A DNA stretch of 63,717 nucleotides, counting the filler, from Octopus bimaculoides (Eukaryota): NCBI RefSeq assembly GCF_001194135.2. It is 6 parts of 6 records of this genome, joined end to end, with 100 filler letters (N's around TTAATTAATTAA, not from the genome) between each part and the next. Parts side by side here need not be neighbours in the genome. Positions count along the whole stretch, not along the records: positions 62,402 to 63,717 come from NW_026401618.1; 5 more parts are not named here. One strand, 5' to 3'. The position numbers were made by a program, and so were the translations under genes. The number at the start of each line of letters is the position of its first letter. The stretch's first letter is position 1. Of this stretch, positions 62,302 to 63,717 are shown in pieces. The notes beneath the pieces were generated by a model. It was not told where the DNA came from, did not search any database, and saw nothing but the letters and a program-made list of their open reading frames with translations.

Positions 62302-63717
62302 NNNNNNNNNNNNNNNNNNNNNNNNNNNNNNNNNNNNNNNNNNNNTTAATTAATTAANNNNNNNNNNNNNNNNNNNNNNNNNNNNNNNNNNNNNNNNNNN
62401 NATATATATATATATGCGTGTATGTATGTATTGTATATATTTGTATGCATAATTGCATGTATGTATAGATATATGTACGCATGTATAGATATGTGTGTGT
62501 TTACAGAAATGTATGTGTGTACACATTAACTTGTTCGTCAATGTATATATGTATATATAAATATATATATATACATATATATAATTATATAATATATATG
62601 TATGTATGTATGCATGTATGTATGTTTATATGTATGTGTGTCTGTATTTACATTACTAAGTATNNNNNNNNNNTGTATGTATGTTTATATGTATGTGTGT
62701 CTGTATTTACATTACTAAGTATGTTTGTATGTATAGTGCGTGCATGTATCGGTATACATACATATGTGTGTGTACACAAATATGCGTGTACACAAGAACG
62801 TGTTCGCGAATGTATATATATCTGTATAACTGTGTACGTATGTATATATATATATATATATGTATGTATGTGTGTGTATGTGTGTGTGCATGTGTGTGTG
62901 TATGTGTGTGAGTGTGTCTGTCAATCTGAATCTGTATTACTGAGTATGTGTATATATATGTATGTATATCTGTATATATAAATGCATGTATTTATCGGTA
63001 CACATGCATAAATATATATGTATATACAAATATTTATGTGTCTACACGTAAACTTGTCCATGAGTATATATATGTCTTTATAGCTGAGTACGTACATATA
63101 TATGTGTGTTTGAGTGTGTATATTTAACTGTATGTAAGATGCATGTATCGATACACACCCAAAAATATATGTTTATATACAAGAGTGTATGTACCCCATA
63201 ATTTGTTTGTGCATGCATATATATGTGTGTGTGTGTGTGTGNNNNNNNNNNNNNNNNNNNNNNNNNNNNNNNNNNNNNNNNNNNNNNNNNNNNNNNNNNN
63301 NNNNNNNNNNNNNNNNNNNNNNNNNNNNNNNNNNNNNNNNNNNNNNNNNNNNNNNNTGTATGTATGTATGTATGTATGTATGTATGAGTGAGTATAACTG
63401 TATGTAAGGATGATGCATGTATCAATAACTATACACATGTATATATATATACACGTGTATATAAAAATACATAACTAAGTATATATATATTCGCATGAAT
63501 ACATAAGTATATAAAGACGAAAATATCAGTACAAACACGTAAATATATCTATAAAAATATATATGTATATGCATACTCTCATATATACATGTGAGTGTGT
63601 GTGTGAGAGAGACTGTGCGGGTGTGTGTGTGAGACTGTGCGGCGTGTGTGTATGTGTATGTTATATACAAACAAATATATATCTACGAATATACATATGT
63701 ATATATGTGTATATATA

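Noticed and set aside
61142-62349. Repeat-protein ORFs (AIQTIFPL)n and (YTNDLSFG)n
   Set aside because: These are open frames produced by a 24-nt unit. Different frames are open in different parts, and there are no credible splice or start signals.

Overview
AT-rich, microsatellite-saturated animal genomic DNA with many assembly gaps. It is most likely a coleoid cephalopod (Octopus-like); this is inferred from the SINE families and repeat style, not proven. Only one host coding segment is supportable: the 3'-terminal exon (1595-1714, +) of a peroxisomal D-amino-acid/D-aspartate oxidase family gene, VINNYGHGGCGLTTFVGCA...SAKL*. It is absent from the supplied ORF track. The rest is a dense graveyard of mobile elements: (1) R4/Dong-like RT plus restriction-like-endonuclease LINEs (two long degenerate copies and many 3' stubs); (2) Tx1/L1-like APE-RT LINE fragments and an RTE fragment; (3) a Gypsy gag-protease-RT fragment bounded by inverted LTR arms; (4) two mariner fragments, a Mutator/FLYWCH element and two hAT-type MITEs; (5) Penelope-like termini with hammerhead-ribozyme-like folds; (6) at least four tRNA-derived or related SINE families; (7) 24-bp and 29-bp minisatellites. 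Most ORFs in the supplied track are microsatellite or N-run artefacts. The most notable structures are the inverted-LTR Gypsy insertion, the variant-core hammerhead motifs, and a (TAA)n landing-pad cluster at about 38.6-46 kb where two retroposon systems stack on opposite strands. Element boundaries are approximate unless stated as exact.
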